Both the position numbers and the translations under genes were made by a program. The notes under the pieces are model-generated. The model did not search any database. It had not been told where the DNA came from and saw only the letters and a list, made by a program, of their open reading frames with translations. A stretch of 64,000 nucleotides of DNA from Acanthaster planci (Eukaryota). Location of the stretch: assembly GCF_001949145.1 (NCBI RefSeq), contig NW_019091360.1:2912864-2976863 (forward strand), read 5' to 3'. Below are positions 11,901 through 25,900 of this stretch, one piece after another. The stretch's first letter is position 1. Each line of letters opens with the position of its first letter.

Positions 11901-14639
11901 ACTTGGTAAGAATTTGGAGAGTGCTGTTCAAAGACAAGCATAGTTTTGAATGTCTGGTATACAGGTAACTGTAGACAAACCTCTGATATCTTTTCTTTAC
12001 CTGGAACTACACAGTGGCCCCATTATGTCCTTCCATGGAAACAGGTGCAATTGTCAGTTGAAGTGGGGACTTTGAACGGAATAAAAAAAAGAACAGCATT
12101 TCAAAGCGTTCTCTGCTGCATTCACGTATGTTCATGCCCCATAGAGAAAACGTTCATTATAAGAGCGCATGCGCAATTCATTTTCAAGCCGACAACAACG
12201 ATATTTCGTGCAAGCAGACGACGGTTATATCGCGGAATTTTTCAACGACTAACAGCGTAAAAAAATGTAAAGCATAAATAATTTTTGGGAGGATCTACGC
12301 GAGACACCACGAACACACAATTTTTCTCCATTAGTAAGATTTTTAAATGACAATAAATCTCAAAACAGTATAAAAAAGTGGATTTTAGGTACAAAATTTT
12401 GCACTATTTTTATCAATTACTTTTTAATTGAAACTAAGTCTTCTGAGACAAAAAAATTCAGCACTAAATTAAAGATTCACCCTTAATGCACTGATTTCAG
12501 GCATTTATTTTGAATCACCCCAAAATCGAAAATTCAAAGCCATTTTGTATCCATTTTTCCTGCCAAAATGGTATATCCAACACGAGGATGATGATTTTCT
12601 GTTAAATTGTACTGATTTCGTTAGAACTCGTACTATTTCATAAGGTAGAATCGTTAAATTAGTGCTATTTCCCGTTCATCACTTCCGCTGTTGTGGACAC
12701 TGACCAGTGCGGTACGGAGACGTCAAAGTCGTCGCGTCCGCCCCAGCACGTCTGTATGAACATGTACATGTTACGCGTACACATGTAAACACGCATACAC
12801 GACTGTGCACGTACTTGACCAGTGACTCGCCGCTACAAGCATGTTACTCAAAAGTGTGCCAAGTGTGCCCTTACAAGAGTATGGTGCAAGGATATCCTCT
12901 CTTTTGTCAAACGTTTGACAAAGCAATAATTCCTGACTCTAAGAATTAAGTTTTATCAGGACATAATTTTTTTAAAAGGTGAGATATGTGACGTATTTTT
13001 CCATTACAAAATGTCTGGATTCACACGATTTGGTGCGAAAATTTGGTTCAAATTCAAACTCACTTTACAAAATTTATTACCTGGTGGATTCCCAGTTTTT
13101 GAGAGCAATCGATTAAGACAGTCTTCTAGTTTATATGCATCTAGTTTCTACAACCGGGAAAACTCATTTTTAAAAGATATTGGTCAAATTTGGCAACACT
13201 GAAATTTTTTCAGGTGAAAATGAAATAATATTGGGGTAATTTAAAACTACGTTTTCCATTTCTTCTTTTGAGGCAGGGCACAAAATAAATGCTACTAAAA
13301 ACTAAAATGATTAATGTAATTTGGATTTGTCTTTAAAATTTCATTATTTACGCTCCGTTTCCTGGAAATCTATTAATAAGGATGACGTCTCATTTTGCAA
13401 TCAAAGCGCGCAAAATCAGACGTAGCCTGTTGCTATGCCGTTGTTAAGTGCAAATTTTGCGCACGCATTGCGTGCATTTTGTACAGGGTTATCATAATTG
13501 GTATTTAAAGAAAATCACTTGCTCATTCTTTTAAAAGCACAGACACTGGCGGACATGTCACTGGTTGTAGTCTATGTCAGAACCAACATTATCAAAACGT
13601 TGGGTTGTATAAGAGGTAGTTTGATTTTCAGTGAACATCTGAAAGCTAGTCCATTTGAACGGACAGCATGGTCTTCCTCACAGAATTATGATTCTGGTGT
13701 TTACCTTAAACCAACTTCAATACGTGGCAAATAATACCCAATCCCTGCAACGTTGAGCCCTCTGCGTCTCTTTGTGGATGGTCCACTATGAACACGTTTA
13801 GTGTTTCGTATGAGGTGCCTCGTCACCTCAAAAGACGCCCAAATACGTTGTTGTCCAGATGGTGAGCATTGCTCGGGTTACATTTATTTCTTCAAGACGT
13901 CCAAAGCCTACACATGCTTTCGAAAGCGTCCGAAACCATATTAATTTCACTTAGAAATGCAGAAATTTAGTTCCCTGAGGAACTCAGTTATCCCACCTTG
14001 AGTTCAAGTCATTTCTTGCTAGAACGCTACTTGTGGTGCTTACACTGCAGAATGAACACTAGACTGGATTTTTTCCTTGAAAGAAATACTTTCACACAAC
14101 ATCCCCAGCTTTCAAGGGCATTTTTTGTGGACCTGGACTTGGTAATGCACTTATAAGGCGCAGTGTCCTGCATAAAAACCAGGTAAGCCCGCGGACGGTG
14201 CATCTCAGTGACCCAGCGTGCCTCGCGCGGAGTGTGTGCCATGGCCGTAAAACAATATTTTGCAGTCGGGAGTTTTGGCGGGAAAACAGGCTGGCAGCGG
14301 CTATCGGATTGCGGAGTGAAGAGAGCTTCGATCTGAAGGGGCTATTTACGGTTTAGCTGAAGGCTTTCGTGCCACGACTGCCTAATGTGAAGATTTGCCG
14401 ATGAGTATTTAAACAGCAGCCGTCCTTGGCTGAAAGGGGGAAATGAACAGTCTGTTTTAAAGCAGCGCACTTACGTGAATGTGAAAGTCTTTTTAAAGCC
14501 TTGTGTATATAGACTCGAAGAAATGGGCGAGTGTTGTTCAAACAGCTAGTCCACCAACAACCCTCCCTCTTGGCTAATCTCCTCTCGAACGTCATTGACA
14601 ACGGTGACAGAATTGTACAAGATTTTGAAATAAATTTAA

Positions 14640-15070
14640 AACAAGACTTAATAGTGCTAACCATTCCAAACAAAAACCGTAAGACATATTACAGGCAACA
14701 TTCTCAACAATGCATTTCGGAGCGAGCTGGAACACGAAATACGCGAAGAAAATGATGTTACAACTGGTTGCAGGCAACGACCGGACATGTTTAAAGACTG
14801 GTAAAACGGCTTTTGGTACAGCTCTAGAATCCATTCGCCTTCTGGTCAAAACATAGACCGACATTAGATACAAAACTAACGTAGTTTGGATGGTAAAGGA
14901 AGCGATAAGGTGCCCACCATTGTGAACTGTTGTACATGTAGCCTTGATATTGAAGCCAGTAGAGGATGGATGTAGAGGATGAGGGAAAATATTCGGATAA
15001 AGTCCATACACATCCAAAACGCACAAAATGGAAGGACTTCTACATCCGAGCTTATATTTGAGAACACGAA
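14640..15070 (+). pseudogene. Degenerate Ty3/Gypsy integrase remnant
   Basis: LTIPNKNRKTYYRQHSQQCISERAGTRNT (~VPxxxRxxIxxxxH....GHxG..T), YNW..GHV*RLVK (~YYWPxMxxDVxxxV) in frame; further on QNGRTSTSELIFE (~DNGxxFTSxxF). Confidence 0.45.
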
Positions 15071-18000
15071 GTTCGAGGCTGCATTAAAACTTTGAAGGCT
15101 TCGTCCACGAATAAAGGTTTATTTCAGCATTAAAAGGTGAAATAGATAAGTTATGTTTTAAAGAGTTTAGTTGAAATTCAAGACGGATGATATTGTATAA
15201 AAAAAGTTATCACAATGCTGCATTCACAGAAAGCACATTTGTTTTCATTCAGTCAGACGTGCTTCCTGAAGTGCAATAGCTTATTCCAAATCGACACCTA
15301 CGGAAAATTAGACCGAGACGAATGGCTCGCTAATTTCCCCCAGACTTGAAAGAGAATTAGCATCGATTCGGTTAGCAGGCTGATTGCTATAGAAAGCGGG
15401 GTAAAACCAGGGGGTATAGATCGGCCCTGTATCCGTTACCGAGACACCGCTGGGCCGGGGCTCGAGTGGCACCGATAGCGTGAAGCACTATCGAACGCCA
15501 ACGGTCGCGGAGGGGCCTGCCTGCCTGGCCTGAATAATCGACAACCTGGGCTTAGTAATGCCCCCCCCCAGCAGACGCGGCAGGCCGTATACACGGAGGC
15601 ATGCCGCACGGGAAGGGGAGAGCAGACTCTGTCAGGAGTTATTGAGTGCACGGAGGGCAATTCTGACTTAATTGGCCCATTGTAAATTGCTCTGGGAATA
15701 ACAAGAGTATACCAGAGGATATCCACGGGTCGTTTATAATGTCGCTGAATCAGTGTCTCGTGGATTGGCCTTGCTCTTCTCGATATATCATCAACGTCTC
15801 AGCCACTGCAGGGAATGATTACCGGCGGGTATACTTGGCCAACATGACGCATTTGCGTTAACACGTCTATTTTTAGACAGATCTAGGCTACGTATCCACA
15901 GTACAGTGCCACGAGAACTGTAAACCACAGGTCCATCGAGCCATGAATTTACTTTTGTATGGTTCTAATAGAGATTTAGGAAGTTTACTCATCCTCGGAC
16001 GTGTCGCCTTACACCAAAAAGGAACTGGTAACCGCGAATGGCTTTCACATGTTGGACAAGAACCACAAAGCACTATGGGTACTTATCAAAAACAGAGCTA
16101 GTTCTATTACAACCGACCCGGGCATATATGTGCACACCGTGCGCACGCAACCGAATGTGGGTTCTCAGATCATCGACCAAACGAAACGCTCAACGACTTT
16201 ACCCGCTCCGTTGGAGAGGGCAGGTATGGACACGACCGAGCATACATCAATGCATGAGCGGCTGGGATTGCTCACGGCGCTTCCCTTAAGCCTTGACTGA
16301 CCATATACGTATAACAGACCTAAAACATAAATGACGTCACGCTTGGCTAACGGGTACGCTTTCCAAAGGAGGATCGAGGGATCATGTCTCACCACCCCAC
16401 TGCCGTAGGAAAGCGTTCATGTAACCAATATGTGACTTCATTACGTAAAAGGTCTATTCACGAGGAGTTTCAAAAAGTTGTCCACTGGGTGATTTAGGGT
16501 TACATTAGGGTTAAGGGGTCAAACAATATCACAGTATGACAAGAGGAAGAAAACAATACAGAAAAGAACTATGGAATTACTGAGAACATGTTTTGGAGAT
16601 GTTGCATTAACTCACGATGAACAGGGTTTGCGCGAGAAATGTGCACACGTCATATGAGTTTTTGATGCCTCAAAAAACCCCGACAATATTGGCAAGAAGT
16701 CGGCGATCATTAGCACTCGAAACTGAGGCAAAAACGACATCTTCTTTCCTCTTCAGCAAAGAGCCGTGGAAATTGTGGAATTCGACACTGCGATCGTGGA
16801 TGGACTCCCAACAGTCTATTTCTACCACCTGATTAACGGCGACGCGTACTGTGAAGCTGTGCACGCTGCACGGCTGACACGCCATTCCGCTATCAGAAAT
16901 TACACCCTCTCGCGAGCAACAACTAATTAAATTTAATTTGATGTTTGGCTGGCGCGGACGAACCCGGGGTCCAATACCGCCGAACACGGCCACCGATTCG
17001 ATTAGTTATGTCGTCGTGTGTTCATGGTTGGGTTGCATTGAATAAATATACATTTTGTTTAAAGTGACAGTTCATTGAAACTGAACATTTTTTGGTACAG
17101 GAAATGGCAAAATGTCTTCTGCTGTTAAACAAAATGAATACTGCTAATGCTTTGATGCTAGGAGTGTTCACGCTAAAAATTGTTGCCGATTTGAAATTGT
17201 CAACAAAATTGTGAAAAAATACAGGAAAAAATTGGTTGAAATATTGGCAACGAGCCAATTAAGTCTGATAGCGGAGCAAGGACCTAAATATGGAGCGTGG
17301 TTATGAATGGCGCATGCGTGACTGAGCGGTAATTATTAGAGGGAGGTGTCACTGCAGTACGTTCACAGGGACCTTTGACTCGACAAAGATCGCTGCGATG
17401 TTGACGCAACTGAGTGCAATGCAGCCAAGATTACAGATGGATAGCGAACCCCGGGCTGCAGATGAATTTTAATGCCAAAATAAGGTCAAGATGAGCCATC
17501 TGGATTACGTTTCGAGCGGCATGAATAGAAGGGGTCGTGTGAATTGGGGCCACTATGTTTATTCGTTCGTTTCGAGTTCTCCAGCCGACTTCAGAAAGAT
17601 GCTATTCCTATGTCACACAGCGCAGGTTACTAATTGAATTGTCGGGTGCTGCACTAACATTTTTTGTGTGTGTCTGACTCGTCGAAAGGGAATATTTTAC
17701 AGCAACTGAATTCAATTTCAGTTGGCATTTATTTACTAGAGATAAGTACAGACGGGCTGGCAGACCTGCATCTCAGTTGCATTTCCCACGGCTGAAAACA
17801 TTGAGCTCCTTCCTCAACGGGCACAATATGAGTGGCTGTCCGTTCACACAATTAATTGCTGTTTACATAGGCACTTCTCCCAAACCCAATGATAATAGAT
17901 GTTGATTCTATGCGATATCTGTTTGTTTCATTAATGGACTTGTCTATGCGGGAGGACAAACAGTGCAGACTAATATCCAACCAAACAGTTGGCGAGGAAG

Positions 18001-18104
18001 GATCTACGACTTGCTGGTAATAATCGGTCCCATTATGTCTCAGTAAACTCCAGTTCGAGATTTGATTTAGCCATAATGGTAAGCAACAACTTAAACGGTA
18101 CATA

Positions 18105-18167
18105 TATTACCATGTAGCACTTGAGCTAAGATAATCTGTATTACCGTAGCACTTGAGCCGAGATAAT
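18105..18167. repeat. Two-unit tandem duplication, ~32-34 bp
   Basis: TATTACCATGTAGCACTTGAGCTAAGATAAT(CTG) followed by TATTACCGTAGCACTTGAGCCGAGATAAT. Confidence 0.9.
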
Positions 18168-21100
18168 GGTTAACTAACGCAGGTGTTCTTCAATTCCGTT
18201 GCACTTCGATTCGCTTGCACTGGAACGCCACAGTATACTTGGGAATCAAATATTCATCCAATATAAAAGCAACGTTATCCTTTCTGGATTTATTGCGAAA
18301 TTGTACGAAAGCAAGAATGAAATTATAACTAGGACTTACATCTAATAAAGCGTCTGAGATCACTTAAAAAGCACACCTTCGGTCTGGAGCCTGGGTTCCT
18401 TTCCAAGGCTTCTTTCTCGACAGATAATAATTTTCCGTCCGCGCAGATCAAACACCAAAATAGGGTCTTCACCAGGAAAGCCAAGAAACACTTCTTTCTT
18501 CGAAATGCGGATCTCGTCTAGTAAACCCATTGAAATCGTTCAAAGTGGTTTATGTTACTGAAGTAATTAAGATCAGAACTTGTCACAAATGAAATGAGGT
18601 CACAATTGCACAGGTTAAGCTGAAGCTTCTTTCGCTGAAACAAACTCGTTTAACCCTGAAACTGCACAAATTTGAAAGAAACAAAGAACCTAAACGGTTG
18701 CGTGATAATTTAGGGGTTTAATTCGGTGACTACATGCCGTTGCAAGACCAGTTGTATCAACTTCAATTAGACAGAAAAAAGAAGAGTTGTGTTACATAAT
18801 TGAAAATATCTCTGCAACTTAGCATCCTATTTAAATGATGCCTTCAATTTTGAAAAGGTAACTTCCTAAGCTTTCATTTGACACCAAAAACAACAGTTTC
18901 TGACAAATATCTGGGGAAAAATAAATATTACTTTTGGATTGCATTTGTTTCAGGGGGTCATTCTGGATAGAGCCATCTGATCTATAATGCAAGACGCAGA
19001 AGGATGGATAGGAGAAAGGACATAAAGTAGTGCCTGGTAATGGCTAGAGAAAATCACAAGGGACCAAGATCATGAGAGTGGGCTGTGAATCACACCAATG
19101 ATCAGCCGTCAGGTACAGGCGTTTTTTCCCCGAACAATCAAGGTAAGAATCATACCAAAGTCCTCGGACCAAGTGGGTTAATATAAAGTTTTTTTAGTTT
19201 CTATTTTCCTAATGTCTGCCTTACAATATACTTTATAAATTGTCGATTTTTAACCCCCGTTTAAAAACATCTGCCGTTTTAGTACCATAATTTGCATTAA
19301 GAAGCTTTTAAAAGAGACTTTGGAAATTTACAGCCAGAGCCTGAAAGCAGTCTGTAAAACTGTTAAGTTACCATTTAGTGGCCAAACAGCATCATCGAGT
19401 TAAAATGTTTAGATTAGTTGTACGAGGAATCCACGGTCACAAAAAAGACATAAAAAGGACATCGTTCCACGAGGTGGGAAAGTGTTAAAAATACAAATTG
19501 ATTGCTTACACTGTTGCATACGGGGAGACTTAGTTTTTGTTGTCGTGGAGAGATTATTAAAAATGCTAGGATAAATGAAGGTCGTTAAAAAGGGTAAGAT
19601 TACTGAATTAATAACAAAAGTGATTGATTGCACTTTTTGTATTAATAAATTAATAATAAATCGCTCAGCAATAAAGGAATAGAAAATATAGCGGGGAATA
19701 AGCAAGTATCTCAGCAACAGGATATAAATAGTGCCATGCAATTTCTTTCAAGCAACAAATTATGATGTTTAGAAATTACCGTGTGCCCCTGGTGTATAAG
19801 CACCCGTGGATCTTGTGCGTTCACTTCATTAATGCCCAGGACATGGCTCTTTGGCTACAATGATGGTGATGAATTTTGGTAGAATATTCGCTCTGGCGCT
19901 TTGAATTTGTATGCACGAACATGCGGCAAAAAGGGTGTTTGGATGATTGAAATGGTCGGGGCGAGAGCAGGTCAGTGGCAAATCCGGACTGGCTTATGAC
20001 CGGAGCACATTCGTGAATTAATAATCGTCAGTGACGTAAATGGCAGAACGCACTCAGTCGTGTCGGGCCCCTGATACGATTATTAAAAGCAGCAGGATGT
20101 ATGCCACGATTTCGCAGTAGCGTACTTAGTCAATTTTGGGTTTTCTTGGCAGCTCGCCTTTCAAGGCACTGTAATATTTTTTCACTATTTCATTTATATA
20201 CGACAACCCAGTGAGCCAAATGCGTCGATTGTTGCTGTCATTGAGGCACTGGCTAAAGTCAGTACAGTTTTAGCATTACAAAACAAAAACAAAGAAAAAC
20301 AGCTCCGGTTTAATATCAAATATTTTGAAAGTATTAAAACGGAGATAAAACCAAGTGATGTTGATTTACTTTTTTGTTTTAGTGGTCTGCGGTTAATTGG
20401 AAATTTGAAATATTCAATAAGCATCTATATTGACTAGCATAACGAGATAAGTTCAGCAATGCGTTCCTTCAGAAAAATTTCCCCAAATTTGTTTTTGATT
20501 GGATTGAAACGGCAAAACATGTCAAACAGCATAAATTGCTGCACCCGACACACAAACACAAACCACACACGTCTCCCATCCATACACCCAATTCAAAATG
20601 GTGACTCTATATCCTTAGAGTAAACGAGAGATTTGATTTCCTTTTTCCAATTTCCACCGTGTCAGCACAAACAGTCCAAAGAAATGACCAGAATCGGTAT
20701 CGACGGCTCAGGGACAGTTGGATGCACTTTGGGTTTGTAAGGGAAGGATGCCAACTGCAACAAAGCGCCCTGGACGCTGAAGGGACAGAGTGGGCGTGTG
20801 TGATACTCAATCCACTTGATGATTATAGCTGGAGAGCTTGCACTTTTCATATTGGCACACATTCCGCGCTATACAGTCCCCGTCCACACCTCCAACACTG
20901 CACTTCAACTAATTAAAGCGTACCTTAACAACCGTTTGCACTGGCGCCGCGCCATTTCCCGTGAATCACTTCGATACGCCATTTTCCATGTCAATGCTAC
21001 GGCTTATCACCGTGCGCGCAAATAACACAAAGGGAGGCCGGCTGCCCCAAATCGTCGACCCGAAAATGGTCTGACACCAAAGACGGCCGACCATAAAGGG

Positions 21101-22498
21101 CTGTTTAGGAGATGTGACGTAGAGTGTAAAAGATCTCTCTCGACATTAGCAGTCAAAGTGTAATAAGTATATTGCTATTCTGCAATAATTATAAACAAGG
21201 GTGTCAACTGTCTTAACGCTCGAATAAAATGCAACGCATACACTTATTTGTGTAAGGTTGACGAAAATTTCCAAACTAACGGCATTTTGGTTATTTTGGT
21301 TGTCCCAAATTGACGCTATTTTGGTTGTACATACACATTTAATGAAAGCGTGGCATTTCCTAAGTATTTAAAACAGCGTTTGCCACGTTTCCATGTAAGT
21401 ATATACAGCGGACTATAAGCCCTCCAGCGATCCAAGTGCATGTATCACAAGTCTTACATGGTGTGTGGGGAAAAATAAACTTGCGGCACGCCATGACAAA
21501 ATGTGACAAGAACGCTCGACAGGCCATCGAGTGCAACCTGTCCAGGGCTCGTTCAGCGAGAGGAAGTCTGTGTCTGGAAAGTCACTTTAAGGCCTTCCCA
21601 TCTCCAATCGCCCCCTTGTCAACGCAGGGTGCATATAGTGCCAAGTAGTTAGGATGCATAATTTATTGCTTTCGGGTTTTTTCTCTCGCCAGTCACCGGA
21701 AAATCAGACAGGACAGCGAGCGAGGACCGAGGGCTCAGAATGACACGTTGAAGCTATGCACGGGGTAGTGTATTCGCGCCGGTTTCTGAGCCTACCGGGC
21801 GTAATATCGAGACTGCAATGAGCATCGCAGGAAGGAAATTACACTCAACATGCTGACTACAGCGTGACAGGGGATTGTTATTAAATATTGAAATTAATCT
21901 CTGAAAGTCTTTAATCAATGTAGGCATTACACTACATGGTTACATTTGCAGCTATTAGGCCTTTACACTCATTATTTCACACAACTAGTATTGTATGCAA
22001 GGAGCAAGAGGTCAAGTTAGTTTGTACTTATCCTCCGAATCGGACGATTTGACTACCGATCCAACATACACGGATTCTAACATTTAAAGGCTTTTACAGG
22101 TCTTTTCAATTTCAATTTCAATTTTTTTAATTTCTTCCTCGCTATTTTCAAAGGTATTTTGATGCCTTTGAATTCGGTTTTTATGCCGAAACCTAGTTCA
22201 ATATTTATGAGCAAAACTATAACGCTATCCCTACGGGGAACCTCAATCTTGCATTGATTTGTGCCCACCGAACTACAAGGACTTGTGACATGTCGCTGTC
22301 CTAAATTTGGTGTAGGTGATTTAGTATTGTGCAATTACTTGGAAATAAGCTACAACGAGCACAACTTTTTCCCTACATTATTTTCAAGGAACAAATTTTG
22401 GGCTCAAAAATCACAGAGACGGAACAGTGTCCTCCCTGGTTGCTGCTGCGGCAATCGTGCCTTTAGAAATAATTAAAATAGGGTCCTTTAAAATGCTC

Positions 22499-22911
22499 TT
22501 AACCCAAAAAAGAGTCGGGGCAGAATCAACCCCACCCCTCGACCATTTCTTGTCCCCACAGCATTGCTGTTGTTTTTTTTATATATGCCGACCGTTATAG
22601 AATATTTCAGTAATATCTTATGGTCAGTTTTGACGCCAATTTTACGAAACTCGGTCATACTGGCCTGGAGCAGTGCTCATGTCCCCCATACAGGTCAGCC
22701 AGCAATACACACTTTTCCACTGACAAGCTCGAAGCTGTTAGTGTGACCCTGAACTTTAAATGAGCGTAACAACAAAACCCTGCTTAAAATTTGGTTGCAA
22801 CTTCATAGTTATATTAATAAGGAGTGTCGTTACATGTATACAAAGTTTGAAATTCAGGCACGGGACAGCCGGGCTGGTATTGGCCTCCCAGCTGTGAGAC
22901 TCAGTGGTTAA
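22499..22911. mobile_element. Possible decayed piggyBac-type MITE
   Basis: TTAA|CCCAAAAAAGAGTCGGGGCAGAATCAACCC on the left and GGGCTGGTATTGGCCTCCC...GACTCAGTGG|TTAA on the right: weak inverted similarity bounded by TTAA. Confidence 0.3.
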
Positions 22912-25900
22912 AAAAAAATCTTTTAGGGCCAGCCCCCAAAGGTTGTCAAGTACTGAAGAGGAAAATACCGATACGCAAACAGTGTGTCTAAGAAAAATTC
23001 ACCACAGGCATACACATGGAACAGCCTGGCCCCGGCCGCTCTGCGAGTAAGTTTCAGGCGTACACAACGACGTGCCACCTTCACGACACCGTCGCCCTGA
23101 CACAAATAAGCGTCATAAAGCAAACACGCCAACCTTGTAATGAGGAAGACAATCCGCGGGCTAACTTGAGAGTAATCGATTTGCAATTAGCTTAGCCGGT
23201 ATCACCCTTCAGCAAACAGCCAGCGGAAGGCCCTACAGGAATCGTCGGCTTAACACACACGATGTACTTCATAATATGGAGTGTGAGCTCGTGACCGTGG
23301 CCTCGACCAATCAATGTGCTTTTTACGTTGGTACATGAAATAGCCGCGCCGGATAATAATTTCCACGCGGATCCTCTACTCGGTTGGGGAATGTGACGTT
23401 CGGCAAGCGCAGCAAGGTCACAGTAAAAACCTGTGCACCGAACAATGAGTCATCATTGCAGAAACAAAACGAACGCCAAATGAATATTTGGCGTGTGAGG
23501 AAATTGCCAGACAGCGTGATGACCATGTACAGTAGGCGGCTGCAAAGGCTGGACTAAACTAAAAACTGAACTAAAATCATAACAAATTAAGATGCTCCAT
23601 ACTGTCGCCGCACTTGCAAAAACATTTTTACTAATGGTGTAACTGTTACTCACTGTTAAGATCCAGCAATAAAAACGATGTTTCTTAAATGAACTGACAG
23701 TAATGCACTTTGTATACCACCAGGAAACAATGTACCGTGTTCGCAACGATATGAACTGCAGTAAAATTCTGGCGTTAAATACTTCTGACGTGGCAACTTT
23801 CATGTATTTTACCCTGTGTATACTGACTTCCAACCTTTGTATACACTAGCGTGCTGCGCCGCATCACCACCGGGACCATACACACGACCCCCTCCAAGCT
23901 GAGAGATGCGACGTGCACCAAACCCCTTTACAGGCCTGGGATCCTTGGTGGGAAAACCGGAAGGATTATCCCGCCTGGCGTACGCCTCGAAAACCTGCCG
24001 CCTGAACTAATGCATTACTGCTGGAGGGGGTAAGAAGCGGATGTTAATGGGCCATGCATTTGATCTGGCACGGGAAAACATCTCCTGGCTGTCCCTCGCT
24101 AATGTGAACTCAGACACGGCAGCGTCAACAAATGTCATTTGAGTCAACCAAAGGATGCCATAATTTTGGATTAGGCGTCGGTTTGGGTACAAACAAGCCT
24201 AGGTACCTGACGTTAAGCACGTCCGATTGCTACCTCATCATCTCTGATCAAATTCGTCGATTCGTGAACAAGTCTAAGAATAGTTTGTTCGGAATTTCCA
24301 TTTAATTATCAAATGCTTTCGCGTGGACTAATGCTAATTCATCATGACGTCTGGATACCATACTATTGTACGAGAAGCATTTACTCCTCTAATTCTTGAC
24401 AATCCTTTTCAAAAAAGTGAAAATTCATTGAGATTCACTTAGCTATAAAATATGACAATCAAGTGAGGTAACACGCTATTTTGAAGGTGCTAGCAGCAAA
24501 AACAAAATTCAAGGCTGAAACATGCACGTGGCGAAGACTGTCTACATCGTGTCTCGTTTGATACGTTATGTTGGATGTAATTCAACATAATCCAATTACG
24601 CTCAGCCAATGCTCTTGGTAGGATGAGACTTCCAACAACCCCTTCACTTAATGTCATTACCAAGAGCGATCGTCATCGTTTATCCTGTGCTTGTCACAGA
24701 GCAATCATCAACTATTCCGAATCATTTCAGCTCGTGCCTTTGCAATACTGGGCATCAGAGAAAAGCCTTATTTTGAAGGGGGAAACGGCATGAAGGTGAG
24801 CGCAAATAATGAAGTTTGACGAATAATGAAGAATCTGGTGGCTAAATCCCATTGACGATCATTAAAAAAAATGTGAAACAATGCATTTTTGTGTATTTCT
24901 GTCAATGTCAGGGCTCATCCTTTTATCTGAGGTCACAAAACATTCCGTAGGACTAGGCCAGTCTAATGATCCGTTACAATCTGCCCAGTGTGACGAAGTG
25001 TGTTAGCAGCGGAGTCTATATTTAGACAACTGATGAAGGAGGCACCACGGATCAGACTATGGGATATTATCATCCTGTGTACAGCAGCGACAACGGGTAC
25101 GCTCAGGATGTATTTGTGTCTCTGTAAGCAACTTCAGCCTCCTCAATAAAAGGCCCCAAGGCCCAGCTGAGGCAGTGATCGACTGGGATATGACTGGCTG
25201 TAAGTGCGTGGACGGTTTCGCCCACCTCCGAGGGTAGAGGAGGCATTCGCAAAAGTTTCTTACGGGACCTTAAGGATCATGTCGGCGCCTGTTATGTGAT
25301 ATTGTTATTTGTACCTGCGGGATCTCACGAAATTCTAGTGACATCGTTTGATTACTGTAAACGTCAAAACAGGATCCTGAGGAGAAAGTCTGAATGCAGT
25401 TTAAATATCGAGATTCTTTTCAATCGTAAAAGGTAATGCTCGTCACATGCTGAGAGCAGTTACCTCAACAGACTGAGAGGAAAATCCTGACTTAAGCAAC
25501 GAGTAGTCCCACAACACCTCACCCCGAGAAATCAGACTAGACTGTTCAACACAACAGACATTAGATGGTACAGTAGTTATTATTAGCTGGTAAAGTTTTG
25601 TAAAGGGTGGTTGAGTATACACCTATTTCTAGGTCGTTACAGTTGACCTTAAAGCAACACAATTTTGTTGAACCTCAAGGTTTAACGTAACAGAATTACT
25701 TGATGGGTGTCATTTTACATATACGCTAGCCTGAGTGTTTGTAGCATGAACGCAACGTACAAGCTATAAAAATCTCACACCGCCAGTGATTATAAGCATA
25801 AACTGTACTTCGCTCTCTCCTGATACACTGTTCCATGCCTTCTCTACCCAAGAAAACAGGCCCGTTTATGGGGGGGGCTTTGTGTTAAAAGAGGAAGTAA

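Noticed and set aside
12350..13400. Long degenerate inverted repeat (TTTTGAATCACCCCAAA versus ATTGGGGTAATTTAAAA) as a large-TIR transposon
   Set aside because: AT-rich, patchy similarity and no definable termini or TSD; needs a dot-plot.
15920..16180. Copia-like protease remnant (TGPSSH, VTANG, IYVH)
   Set aside because: Motifs are short, in different frames, and lack the catalytic Asp.
16494..16516. Telomere-like TTAGGG units (also CCCTAA at ~55137-55153)
   Set aside because: Only two to three imperfect units; not a telomeric array.
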